DNA of 64,000 nucleotides from Vermamoeba vermiformis (GCA_045837725.1 JBEWZL010000266.1:186001-250000), one strand, 5' to 3'; shown: positions 51,480 to 64,000, counted from the first letter of the stretch. Numbers and translations: made by a program. Notes: a model not told the origin generated them from the sequence alone.

Positions 51480-51609
51480 GTTGCGCTGTCTGGTAAAATT
51501 TGGTTGCATGAGAAATTCAAACCAAATTTATTGCAAAGGTGAACACAACACATTAGACCATTAAATTTTGGATAGACTTTCATATAAAGCTTAAATTCAA
51601 ACAACAGCA

Positions 51610-52858
51610 ATGAACAAACTCAAAGTCAGAGATGTGGTCATCACAAGACACGATATGGTTGTTGTCGGCGAAAATGAATCGATTGAAAATGTGCTTAAGG
51701 TTAGTTGCCATAGACATATTAAGATTGAAGTATAAGCAACTGGGTATTAAAATTTTTCAAGTTTCGTTCATGAAAATATTTTGATTACTTTTATCTTACT
51801 ATTTTACTTACAACCCGATATTTTTTTAGACACTCGAACGTCATAAAATACAGTCAGTACCAATCAAAACTTACGATGGCACAATTGTTGGATTTTTTGA
51901 TGTTTTAGATCTGCTCTGCTATTTGGTGTCTGGCCACGAAAGCAAAGACAATATTGGCACATTATATCAAAAGAGCGCAACACTGCCATTCCAGCGAGTG
52001 TTAGATATGATTGGTAAGCATCGTAACGTGTCGATATGAGTTTTCGACTAAAACTCGATAGATTTATCAAAGCGAAATCCTTATGCCCCTGTGCATCTGG
52101 ACGATCCTATTGGCGCAGCTCTACTGTTATTCGCACAGCCAGTCCATCGAGTGCCAGTGCACGATGAGAAAGAGAATCTCGTTGGTATTTTGTCGCAGTC
52201 AGACCTCTTAAAGGTAATAGCAGGTGATTACAAACGAGTCGTTATTAACGCGGTGTATATTAGTACTTTGTACATCACCCCGAGCTCTTGAGTGAGATCA
52301 ATGACTTGAGCGTGTTAGACCTGCGCTTGGGCACGAGTGAAGCCAAGCTTGACAAGCTGATCAGCATCAACAAGAAGTTGCCCGCGCTTGAAGCATTCAA
52401 ATTGGTACGCGTAACAGCACGACATAGGAGTACGGTGATACTAACACCTATCAGATGAACACGCACTTCTTGTCCGCAGTCGCAGTGGTGGATGATGAAG
52501 GACATTTGTTCTCATCAATCAGTGCCACTGATTTGCGGAATATCTCCTTCAATCTCGCCGATGAATTCTCACTCAAAGCACTCGCTTTGCCCGCGCAAGA
52601 GTTTATCGACTTGTCTCGCAAGGCCCGTGGTCAGGTACGTGCTATTACAACTATGACTAACTTTGCTGACACGTGTCACAGCACGCTGATTTCCTCGTGT
52701 GGTGTCAGCCAGGCTCGTCACTGCGCGATGTAATTCAGCACATGTACAACAACCACGTGCACCGCGTCTATTTGGTCGACAACTACATCAACTTCTTTGG
52801 CGTCGTGTCAGTCACTGATATTGCTCGTCTGTTGTTGGAACAAATGAGTGGACTGTAA
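51610..52858 (+). CDS. Four-CBS-domain protein (AMPK-gamma/Sds23-like)
   Basis: IQSVPI..VGFFDVLDLL, VHRVPV..GILSQSDL, SAVAVVD..SISATDL, HVHRVYLV..GVVSVTDI. Confidence 0.85.
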
Positions 52859-53264
52859 TGCATGTGTAGCAGTGAAAGTAAATAGTGTTAGAATTAGATT
52901 TCATTCCCGAAATCTTAACGATGCACGTGATTCGAAATTTCACGTAAAAATATTTCCAACCGCTGCCCTTTAATATTAACAACTTTTATATTGTTGATCA
53001 CGACAAGTAGGCGGCGGTGTATATTTATTAACGCCTACTCGCGATTCTGTCATTAAGTTCGTAGATCAATTGTAAGCCAACGGAAAACATAATTTAATTT
53101 CACAAAATGAGCATAACAATATAAGCACAATTATTGAATATTGTCGAGGCACGAGGAATTACAAATATCAGCAACTGATTTATTGAATTGAATTCGAGTA
53201 TCTTTTTTTTAGTTTTGATTAAATCGGTCAATACTGACTAACTGAAATATTTTAGCAATTAGCA

Positions 53265-56200
53265 ATGTCAGAAACACCAGTATTGGGCAGTTTAAATAAG
53301 ACGCTCGCCGAGAAAAAATTGGCCAAGTACGATCCCGCGCTAGAAAAGAAAGTGCGTGCCTCACTTGCAATATTAGTGCCAGAGGTAAATTTAGAATTTA
53401 TGACGGCAACAATCATTATCTAACACGATTAAACTCAAGCACAAAGAAACGTTGGAGAATGAAAAAATGAGCTTGCAAGATGCGCTGAAAGACGGAATCG
53501 TATTGTGCAAGTATGTACTCTTTGCCATGTTAGAATATGGCTAATTGCGTAATTAGATTGATGAATAAGATTGCACCGAACAAGATCTCACGGATCAACA
53601 CCATGCAAGTTGCGTTCAAGCAAATGGTATTGGTTATATTATTATTGTGATTCGTACATGGGACTAACATCTTACGCAGGAAAATATTGCAAACTATTTG
53701 AAAGCATGCACACAAATTGGCTTGCAAGAGATTGAATGCTTTGAAACGAATGATTTGTTCGAAGGCCGCGATTTGATGGCTGTACGTAGCCTCAGTTATC
53801 ATAAACATGCCTCAAATAACTATATTTATATACTAGGTGCTGAACAACTTGAACACATTCTTGACGCTGCACGAGAAGTACGGCGATCAATTGCTCGATC
53901 AACTCAAACAACGACCGTAAGTCACGTGACACTTGCCAAATGCATGTCGGCCGTTAATTGACACCTGTCATTAGCACTGCAGCAGAGGCACGCAACGAGC
54001 CAAAGTCCCCTGCAACACCAGCACCGCGCATCAACACCGTCAAGTCCATCACACCCACTGCCAGTCCAACCGATCAAAAGGGTCCCTCGACACTGGGCAA
54101 GAAACCAGCGCTGTGGGGCCAGTCCTCGGAGACTATGTGTAAGTCAATCAATAGTTAGTTTGGCACTGTGCAGCACTGACTCGGAATTAACAGCCTCGCC
54201 TACTTCGGCCTCCGTAAGCAGTTTGGAACACGATATTCAAACCAAAGAAGAGTTCAAATACATCCCTGAACTCGAGCGAACGGCGCGACAGTGGATTGAA
54301 GCAGTGACTGGCATCAAACAACCAGAGCTGACCTTCCCTCAGTATCTGAAGTCTGGCATTGTGCTGTGCAAGTTAATTAACACCGTCAAGCCCAACGCTG
54401 TCACCAAAGTCAACGAGGGTACTGTGGCGTACAAACAGATGGAGAACATTGAACATTACCTGAAAGCGTGCAGTGAACTCGGTCTGCATCAACAAGATCT
54501 CTTCAACACGTCAGATTTGTTCAATGAAAAGAACGTCAATCTTGTCATTAACAGCATTCACGTGTTCGCGCATTTCATCGAGAAGTTGCCTAATTACAAC
54601 GGACCCAGAATTGAGAACCCGCAAACAGCGAGAAATCTGTTCTCAGCCTCATTGGTCGAAGGCTCGGCAAGTGACTTCTTGAGTGAAGATCCGAATGCTG
54701 TGCCCGAGCCCTTGACGCCTGAGCAACAAGAACTATTGGACTGGGCCAATGCGCTGCTACGTCGATTTGACACTGCGTTCAAACTGAAGAACTTGACTAC
54801 AGACGTGCGTGACGGTGTTAAGCTCATCAAGCTGCTGGAAGTTGTGACTAAGGGATCACAATTGGGCTCGTACACAAAACAACCCAAGTTACTTTGGCAC
54901 TGCATGCAGAACGCCACGTTAATTCTCCGCTTCTTGGCACAACAGACCTTTGAAAAGGTGCAATGCCGTGCTACGGACATTGTGATGGGAAATCTCGATG
55001 CCGTCGTGCGCTTGCTAACCTTCATCAGAAACAAATTCGATTTGGACTACATGTTCAAGAAACTGATTGCTGAGGCATATTTGTCGCCCGAGGACGTGTT
55101 GTTCGAAGAGACAGAAGAGGTCATTCAAGTGCCTGACGAGGACATTTCACATCTCAAAGACGAACAGCCAGTGATTGTTTTGACACCTGCCTCACCTGTC
55201 AAAACCACAACTACCAGTGTCACCACAGTGCGTAAGACATCACAGCCACAAACTCCGGTCGCCATTGCCAAGCCCGCAGAGACAGCAGTTACCGCCACGC
55301 AGACACAAACTCCAACTAAGGAGCCAACCACTCCCAAAACGGTGCAAACACCACAAACCCCTCAGACACCTAGCACACCGCAGACCCCACAAACACCGAG
55401 CACACCTACCACTACCAAGCCCATTGATATTCCCTCTCCACGCGACTCACCATCCACTCTTGAGCCTTCTTCACCCAAAACAGGCTCACCACTGAGTACC
55501 TCACGAGGTTAGTACCGCCATTAATGTTAATGTATGCTTGCTAACTCTGATCGTCAGACTCGACAAAAAGAGACAAAAAGAGCAAAGAAAAACAAAAGAA
55601 ATCCAAAGACAAGAAGAGCAAGGAGAAGAAGTCACGCTCCAAAGACAAAAAATCATCACTGGCCTCGTCAAGTGAGGGTCCAGCGAGCCTGTCATCAGAG
55701 CAGTTGTCCGACGAGTCCAAGTCATCACGCAAACACGAGTCCCCGCGCAAAGAAAGACCCCTCAATGTCGTTGTGACCTCTGCCCCCGAGCCCACACCAG
55801 CTCATCAAGAGCCTGTCACAACCACCACTGCAGCCACTACTAAAGCTACCGTGGAGACAGCAGCAGGCACTCAGCCCACCACTCCTTCACAGCCTCAAGC
55901 TGCCGCTCAAACCGCCGCAGTGTCTCAACCTCAAGCCGCGGGACCTCTCGCAGCTAGTGATAGCGCTGTCACTCAACCACACCACGTTGAGCGTGATCGC
56001 ACCGTCAGCATCTCAGCTGACAACACGAACAATCCAGTGGTGCGCCGATTGGTGCGCAGTCACACTCGCATTCAGACCTCAGAGCCCGAGAGTAAGTTCT
56101 ACCATTGCAATTGTTACTGCATTAATGCTTGTCCTAGAATTGGCCCGTGTCGCGAAGGCTCAAGGAAAGATGCGCCAACACGTGGCTAATGAACTGCTGC

Positions 56201-57373
56201 AAACTGAACGCAGTTATGTGCGCAGTTTGACAACACTGGCTGACGGTCTTATTACACCGCTGATCAAAGCGAATGTCATGAGCGAGACTGAAATGTCAAG
56301 TGCTTTCTCTAACGTGCTTCAATTGCTCGAACATCACAAGGGATTCTGTGACATTATTTCGTCGCGATTGGCCTCATGGAACGACGACTCAACAATTTCT
56401 GACATCTTTTTGGGCAGGGTAAGCTAATCAGCTTTGAGAAATATAGCACTAACGCGGTTTTAGACGAAATTCTTCTTGGACTACGAGCCTTATTTGACCA
56501 ATTACAACTCGGGCATGATTGCTATTCACTATTTCAAGAAAAAATATCCCAAATTCAACTCGCTGTTGACCAGTTTTGAAGAAGAACAAATGAACACGAC
56601 CATGTTGAACACGGAGTCGTTCTTGATCATGCCAATTCAACGATTGCCGCGCTATGCACTGTTATTGAAGGACATTCGCAAGTACACTCCCGCTTCACAA
56701 GAACACACTGCTATTGGCGAGGCAATTTCGTGGATTGAACGCACGCTGAATGATTTGAACGCGAAGATCAAATTCGACGCTGAAAAGACGAAGAAAGTGC
56801 TGTCGATTGCAGAGTCTATTGAAGGCGAAGAGGTGAGTTACTGACTTTAATAGTAATATATATACAGTCAATAAGACCAACTTTCACAGAATTTGTTGAA
56901 AAATTCACGATTCTTCGTGCGTGAAGGCGTGTTCTCGGTGAAAAAGATTGCAGAAAAGAAAGACAAGAAAGGACTGCTGAAAGAGGGCATTAAGAAGGTG
57001 TGGGACACATTCACCAAGAAGAAAGTCAATCCTTATTGGTTCTTATTCAACGATCTGCTCGTCTATTGTGACTTCAAGTCCTCGGTAAGTACAACACACT
57101 TGCGCACTTGTTACAATATTAACTTTAATGCTGTGCCAGGCCAAGACCGAAGAACGCAAGCCCTTCACGTTCTTGCACTCACTGCCCCTCGACGAGATCA
57201 AAGAGGTGATTGAAGTTGCCAAAAAAGGCAAAGACACCGAGTTCCAATTGCTGCTCGAGAACGAAGTGTGGAAGTTGAGCTGTGCGAGTGCTGACGACAG
57301 AACACTGTGGGTCTCCGAGATTAGACGCTGCATGGACATGGCACCCAGTCAGTGCAAGAGCTTCAGTCAGTAA
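53265..57373 (+). CDS. Calponin-homology (x3) + DH-PH RhoGEF
   Basis: LKDGIVLCKL, LKSGIVLCKL, DVRDGVKLIKLLE; DH ELLQTERSYV, FLIMPIQRLPRYALLL; PH WFLFND..LWVSEI. Confidence 0.9.
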
Positions 57374-57644
57374 GCAGTATCATTAGTCATGCTGATTTTT
57401 GCTATTAGTGTATTATAAATTTATTTCGAAGCAATCGTTGAATTGTATTCCAATCATTGAGCCTAGATCCCATTGAAATAAGATAATGGCTCGTATCATA
57501 ACAGTATTTCCAGTCAATTCTGACTTTCAGATTTTCGGTGCGAATCACATTGCACCGAATGTTCCAATCATATTTAAATAGTTGATAAATACGCTCATTG
57601 CTGTTAACCAACACAATGCAACTACCACAACACTCTACAACAAA

Positions 57645-58079
57645 ATGTCTGTTACTGCTCAAAACATCGTTGATGCGCATGCGTGGTTGAGTCAATTTCA
57701 TGCTGCGTCAGATGCACTCAATGCACCGCACTGGATCAACACTTTCTTCGCACCCAATGCCACGATCAGATTTGCTAACAATCCAGCACTGGTTGGCCGT
57801 GAAGAGATCATTCGCAGCTTCAATGACACCTTCAAACTGTTGGCTAGCATGAAACACACGGTGCTCGCTGTGGATGTGCTGCCAGACAAGATCTATCAAG
57901 AGGTACTCATCACTTATATAGTTAAGAATGATCCCGAACAGGTGCCTATCAGTGTTAGAGGCATGGCTGTGTTCGGCAAGAAAGTTGACGAATCCACAGT
58001 AACATTCTTCGACGTCTACTTGGATATCAGTCCCGTGTTTGCTAGAATTGCTGTTGTGGTTGATTTGAACAAGGCGTAG
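57645..58079 (+). CDS. Intronless SnoaL/NTF2-like fold protein
   Basis: FFAPNATIRFANNPALVGREEI..MKH..VYLDISPV pattern. Confidence 0.75.
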   Translation: MSVTAQNIVDAHAWLSQFHAASDALNAPHWINTFFAPNATIRFANNPALVGREEIIRSFNDTFKLLASMKHTVLAVDVLPDKIYQEVLITYIVKNDPEQVPISVRGMAVFGKKVDESTVTFFDVYLDISPVFARIAVVVDLNKA

Positions 58080-58319
58080 TATTAATTGTAATTATTCAGA
58101 TTAGTTGGACGCGTGTCATTCGTGCACACATCCACCTCACCGCCACGTCATCCAATAAAATGATAATGCTATAAAGAAAGAACGTTGATTCAATACAGCG
58201 GTGCAGTAGTGTCAATACCGAATCCAGTCACGTGCTCGGTCACGTGCCCGGTCTTTTTTCGATTCTGTTTCTAGTTCGACAAGATTTTATTTTCATTATT
58301 CTCACACACAAAATACATC

Positions 58320-59133
58320 ATGGCTGAGTGGAAAGACGAACAAGTTGTTAAGAAGGCTATTGCTGAGACCTTCACTCTTAACGGTATGCATTAAGTAACT
58401 ACATCCTCCGAGCAATATATTTTGTTGTAAATCTGTCCAAAAATTTTTCTTCTCAAGCCAAAACTTGTTCTTGCTTTAGCAATATTACAAGGACAATTTA
58501 ATAATTAGTTTGCGATTGTTTTCTCCTTCACAAATTTCAAACTAAATTTTTTGAAAATATTCCAACTTCGCTTCTGACGAATTATTCCAGCTCACTCCGG
58601 TTGGATCCTCGTCGGATACTCTGGCGACAACGCTCTTGTCTTCCAAGGCAAGGGTTCTGGTAAGTATTCAGCGTATTAATGAAGTAAAATATTCAAATTC
58701 TAAATTTTAATATTTCAGGTGGTGTTGAGGAGCTCAAGCAACACTTGAAGCCCAACGAGGTTCAATACGCCATTGTCCGCATTGGTGACAAGAAGGACGG
58801 TGAGTCATTAATTAATTTGTCGCTTTAGCACGCAACACCAAAAGATTTTCGGATCACAAAAATATCTTCGATCTGTTTTAAAAATTATGTAATTGCAATA
58901 CTAATAGTCGCTTATAATTAGTTGCTACCACCACTCGTGATGTTTTGTTGTCCTGGTGGGGTCCTGAGCACTCTAAAATTAAATCCGCCAAGAAGAAGAC
59001 TCACCACGGCGATGTTAAGCGCGTCTTGACTCACGCCCACGCTGAGATTGAAGTCATCAACTTGGCTAACTTGAACGAGGACAACGTGCGTGACCGCTCC
59101 AACCCTCTCTCTGGCTCTCACGTCATTGACTAA
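58320..59133 (+). CDS. ADF-H domain coactosin-like actin-binding protein
   Basis: WILVGY..GSGGVEELK..VQYAIVR..LLSWWGP..SGSHVID; strongly biased codons. Confidence 0.85.
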
Positions 59134-59495
59134 TCGAATTGTTTTGGTTTCAAATCCGCGATCAAGATCGTAAGAGGAAATTTGAAATCAACAGCAACAA
59201 GACAATAATTTATTTAAAAATAATACTCGAAATAATGGTGATAATTGTAAATGACTCCTGCATATATAAATGCGTTTAGTCACCTGAAATTTACGTTTAT
59301 TTTAGCCGACTGGATCAAGTCTCTGACTTCTGCGCAGTAAAATTACTACAGCTGGTCATGCATTACTTAAATTAGTAATATATAGCAAAGAAAGCTGAAC
59401 AGTGCCCAACAAAGTTTTGCGCAAATCCAGAAAATATTTACAGTACAAAATTGAGGTGCTATTTACAAGGTGTTATATGCTACAGTGCTCTATTC

Positions 59496-60257
59496 TCATT
59501 GCGGGAATCCAACAGTAGTCCTGCGCGGGAATATAAAGACCATCACGAACAACAACAGCAACAAAAACACAAAGAGAACCAATCCGACTATCAAGCAGAG
59601 TTTGATCGCATTAGAGCCACCGCCTTCATAATCTAAGTCTGCTAGTGATCCACCAGATAGCATTAAACTGAGCTTTTGCTTGGAAGTAAGCCTGATCCAC
59701 AAATTTAGTTTCGTGCGTACAGATGGCGCGAAAAACTTGACTTACCTCGGCCTTAAGTAAGGATTCTTTCTATCGTAATGTTCAATGTAAAATACTTGAT
59801 GCAATTCCCCGACTCCTTCATCGTCCACCCACCTCACATTTCGTTTATTTTTGTCGCTCGAAACGGCTAATTGATCCGGATCGGTTGGTACACCATCCGC
59901 CACGTCTATTTACGAGTAATGATTAGAAATAAATTGTGTATGGTCGTATGTGGCGCAAATAATCTGAATTTTCGTCGTGTCAAGGTCGTTTTCGTATTTT
60001 TTAAAAACAGATCTGAAAAATAGAATTGTAAAAAATAGAAAATAGGGCAACGTACCTGAAGGGTTGGGATAAATAGGTGTTTGATTATCCATATTATCTT
60101 GACTGTAACTAAAATACTGCATGCTGGGTGGCGGTGTGAGCGACAAAGGCGAGTTTATTGGATGTAGCTGCGATAACTCCTGACTGACGAGGGAATCATC
60201 GTCAAGCAGCTTTTGTTGTGCCTCTATATCGTCTTGTGCGCGCTTAAGTGAGGTCAT
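59496..60257 (-). CDS. Tail-anchored hypothetical protein with RVxF-like motif
   Basis: Three exons; KRNVRWVD..LHQVFYI; C-terminal TM LCLIVGLVLFVFLLLLLFVMVFIF. Confidence 0.65.
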
Positions 60258-60647
60258 TCGTTGTGCCTCTAATTAATCAAAATTGATGACTGGATTCGGA
60301 CGATTAACCGAAATCTTCTTTGACGCAATTACTGCACAAATGTGGCCTCCCACTTCTGCGAATCAAATAATCAGAGTTTTCGGCGACAATGCCCAGTTCC
60401 ACTTGCCTTATAACCCTGATTTAGTTCGTTTGTCAAACCAAAATTAGCTCATCTAAATCTACCCGAGTTAGCACTCCCTGAAAATATTGCCGCAACTCTT
60501 ATCGTACCGATCTCGTGAATAACCCGATTGTGGCAAATCAACATTAATCAAATTTGAATTTGACTTTACCGCGCTTCCCTTCGTTGTCGAACAAACACAG
60601 TATTTGGCCTATATATTACACCCTTTATATTAATATTCATGCACCTA

Positions 60648-61623
60648 TTAGTTCTGGAACGCAGCTTTCTTCGATGCAACGTTGCCGCTAATCTCAGGGG
60701 TCTTGCCTCCAGCCTTGGTTTGCGAATTCTCTTCTTCTTTTTGAGCAAAGAATGCAGCGCGATTCTTCATGGCATTCTTCTTCTCTTCTTCTTTCCTTCG
60801 CTCTTCTAAGTACTTGGCGTCTTGAGATTGGGACTAGAACGATAGCTGATTAGTTTGGAACAAGTTTAAACTTTAAAGATCTTAAAAATATTCGATAGTG
60901 CCTTCAAGAGAATAGAGAACCAAATGATTATGGTCGTATTGTGTTAAAACGGCATATATAATAATATGTAGGATAGAAAGGCTGCTCAAGCTACAGCGAA
61001 CGAGCTCTCACCTTTTCAACCAATCGTTGTCGCTCTTCAGGGGTCAAATTATCAGTGGGGACATTAATGCCCATAGCACGCAACTACATTCATAAAAATA
61101 TGCGAATGAATACCCACGAGTTTACAAAAGAGTGCGAAAGAGAACAGATGCACTTCGAAACAAATACAAGTACGTACCTTAGCGCGTTCTTGAGCTTCCT
61201 TAATGGCAGCAATTTCCTTTTGTTTTCTTTCCTCTTCTTCGCGCTTCTTTTGCTCCTTCATGGCCTAAATTCAATTCAGGCGTCAATTTCGAAAGATGAG
61301 GCACGCAGTATTTTTAATTACCTGGAATTCTGCGTCCTTGGAGGCCTTGGCATTTTTAGCGGCAGCGACACGACGCTTATCTTCTTCGATGGCCTAAAAA
61401 GATTTTTGTAAATATCAGATGTGAACTAAAAAAATCTGTGGTAGTAACTTTAATAATGGCCGAAAATATATGCAAAATAATTTAAATATTCAACACTTAC
61501 GCGAGCCTTTTCTTCTTCCAATTTTTGTGCGTCACGTTCAGCAGCGACCTCTTCAAAAGTCTTGATCTTGGTGCCGTGGTCCTTGGCGACTAAATCGTCG
61601 ACTTTAACGTCAGGAGTGCTCAT
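60648..61623 (-). CDS. Small charged coiled-coil hypothetical protein
   Basis: Four exons in frame: MSTPDVKVDD..KEQKKREEEERK..MKNRAAFF..VASKKAAFQN*. Confidence 0.6.
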
Positions 61624-61800
61624 TGTATTCGTGGTGTTGTAATGTAGATTTGTGAGTGGAGATTAAAAACTGCATTTCTCCTCCGAGATTGCTGTCTGCC
61701 AGGGCAATTTCGATAAGCACGTGCTATTGTCAGAGGATAGCTTATTTATTATGGAGATATAACTACAACAAGAATTTTTACAGAAAGAATCAAGGTCGCC

Positions 61801-63047
61801 TTATTTTGCTACATCCAACAAGAAAGCAATAGATGTACGATCAGTACCGCCGGGCATCATCTACAAGCAATATTAGGCCACGATTTGATCTAATGATTAA
61901 ATCAACAACGTACCACACGGTGCAGAGTGGCAGGGAACTTCTTGGAGTTAGTGAACATGGGAATCTTCTCGCCAATGAAGGCCAACAGCTCGTCTTCACC
62001 GCACAGTGCTTCAGCCTTGACGTAGCACTTGTTGAGAGAGTCCCAAATCTCCAGCGAGGGGACCGATGTGCGCAACAACAGCGTCACGAGACCAGTGTCT
62101 GGAGGCACGAGGTTGCATCAATTGCTGCACATTATAGGGACAAGTGACTGCGACGTACCTGTGTGCTCTTCACACGCGCACTGCTCTTGTTGCTGCGGCA
62201 GGTAGTGAATGACGCTCACACTCGACTTGACGGGCACAAACTCTTGAATGGCGGCCACTGTGTCATCAAGTATCAGTCGCTTTTCCTTCTCCTCATGATG
62301 TCTGTAATAATATATGAGTATACGTCTATAATATACTCGAGACTGCTTACGCGATGCTGTCAAAGCAGGCCCATGCAGTGTTGTAGCATCGTTCAAAAAA
62401 CGCGTCAAAAATGCCTCGGAACTCTGGGAATTGATTCGGCCAGTAGGCTTCAATATCATTTGGACGAAGCTGAAGAAGCAATTATAATTATGCACGCAAT
62501 TGCGATTTAAGATTGTAATACCTTTAAATACTCTCTGACTCCGGGCACAACGACGTAACCCAAATTATTGCGATCCACGTCGGCGTTGTTATTTTTGATT
62601 TCTTGAGGTTGATCAAAATATTGCTTGGATATATTTTTAAGGGCGTTGTAGCGTTGCACAGTCTCAGGATCCATCTAGGAATTTTAGTTCAATTTCAAAT
62701 AAATTTAAAATAAATCAAGCACCTACTCTGATCACAGTGTATCCTCGTGTCTTAATATTTTCTACAAATTGTCGTCGGGCATCAGCATCATTGGCAATTA
62801 ACGCCAACAAATCAATCTTGGGCGGTAATTCCACATCTGTCCTTCCTGGTGCAGCGTTACGCAGTTGTTTTTCTTTGTAAAATGGGCTGTCCTTGCCCAT
62901 TACTTTGATATTAGGATCTCCTTCTTCATCGTCGTGGCTGGCCTCATCTTGTTGATTTTTCTTCCAAATAAAGAATGAAGCTACACCAGCAACAAAAGCC
63001 GATGCAATGCCCAAAAGAGTTTTAGGTTGTTTAAGTATGTCGCTCAT
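61801..63047 (-). CDS. 2-oxoglutarate/Fe(II) dioxygenase (IPNS-like) with N-terminal membrane anchor
   Basis: HxD (EEHTDTGLVTL), ATLHRV, RTSIAF; N-terminal LLGIASAFVAGVASFFIW. Confidence 0.85.
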
Positions 63048-63155
63048 TGTGTTAGTGTTATTCGAAAAAAACAATGGTTGTTGGCTTGCAGGAACAGACA
63101 AAAAAGGTCACTTTCGCTGAAAATCAGTTTAGAATAATTATTTGCAACAGCGAAC

Positions 63156-64000
63156 ATGGAACGAAATGGTACACACAATCAATTGATTACATTAAGATTC
63201 TAACCACTAAGTTTATCGCAGCTGCTAAGCGACGCATCCAACCGACAGTTGTCACAACTCCTGAATCTCCAACCAATGGCACTAAAAGGAAAATAGAAGA
63301 AACAGACGGAATTACATTCATCAAAAGCGTTACTTGCACAGATCAAGACGAGGGTAGAAAGTAAGTGACGAGCGAACATCATTTTTACTAAGAAAATTTA
63401 ATTCAAAAATTCAAAAATATCGATTTAAGCAGCAAATAGCGAGATATTAATCGTACAATTAGAATAAAACGAAGAAAAAATCAATCGGACCGAGACAGAA
63501 AAGTTGATCCTAAAGTCTTGGATCCGTTCCTGTTTTTGATCACAGAGCCACCAATAGCTACGGCTCACGGTTATAAGGTCATTGGAGAACTCGTATCCTT
63601 CATTGTTCATCGTGATAAATATGCGGGAGACTATCCGATAGGCGAGGACTTGACCAACAATCCGAACTTCACTAAAGGTACGGTACAGCATTGCAATTAC
63701 AAGTCTAACAATATGATCGCCAGAACAACGTGAATGTTGGGCTAATTTAGTTGCTGCTTTCAAAGATCCAGAGAGATTTGACGCCAACCACACCAAGTTT
63801 AGTTTCGTCAACAAAATTTTATGTTTACACCCGGAAGAAGCGTGGTTAAAAGAGAACATGGGATTTTGCAAGCTATACGGCGAGGTCTGGTGGGTCAAAA
63901 TGTTCCGCAAATTCTTCGAGAAGACGTCAAGTGGCACTGGCATGGAAGATTTTATTCAGGTACGCTTCGGATATTGTATAGTATTATAACTAATTATCAT
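63156..64000 (+). CDS. Hypothetical protein, 3' end outside window
   Basis: Consecutive GT-AG exons in frame (MERN|AAKRRIQ..|IKRRK..|VAAFKDPE..); bipartite NLS-like basic patches. Confidence 0.6.

Larger units (their letters stand above)
19158..53970. repeat. Dispersed 12-bp palindrome family TGACACGTGTCA / TGACA-SS-TGTCA
   Basis: Perfect copies start at 19158, 21146, 21318, 21676, 22216, 26494, 26817, 30943, 33441, 33731, 34326, 37359, 37703, 41674, 42153, 42351, 43886, 52667; CC/GG centre at 19297, 26794, 30499, 34145, 35206, 35350, 37546, 53959; GC centre at 37909 and 4625. Confidence 0.95.

Noticed and set aside
29258-52950. AATTTCACGTAAAA upstream of two genes (about 29258, 52936)
   Set aside because: Only two copies in AT-rich DNA; insufficient to call a promoter element.
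19118-53974. Palindrome-bearing introns as an introner (transposon-derived intron) family
   Set aside because: The introns share no sequence beyond the motif and splice signals, show no TIR/TSD structure, and the motif also occurs in exons.
1-64000. Alternative genetic code or stop readthrough
   Set aside because: In the gene models I traced, in-frame stops are removed by plausible introns, and TAA, TAG and TGA are all used as terminators.

Overview
Gene-dense eukaryotic nuclear DNA, most likely an amoebozoan: it has an SH2-domain TKL kinase, a coactosin-like protein, a CH-RhoGEF, short 45-250 nt introns and minor-spliceosome introns. About 38 mostly spliced genes lie with very short intergenic gaps; the models were built by eye and exon limits are approximate unless stated. 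The main unexplained signal is a 12-bp palindrome, TGACACGTGTCA (family TGACA-SS-TGTCA). I count 18 perfect copies and 10 centre variants, in introns on both strands and inside coding exons, often 145-205 bp apart. This resembles a eukaryotic 'highly iterated palindrome' or nucleosome-linker signal. Other notable items: three U12-type introns and an AT-AC intron with U2-type signals; a 1.08-kb TIR element with an AT target duplication; an N-acylated Rab with no C-terminal Cys; an HDAC-chromodomain fusion; an RGS-LRR-filamin protein; a truncated eL19 paralog; a T4 Rnl1-like RNA ligase; and an intronless SnoaL-like gene. I recognised no tRNA, rRNA or CRISPR array.
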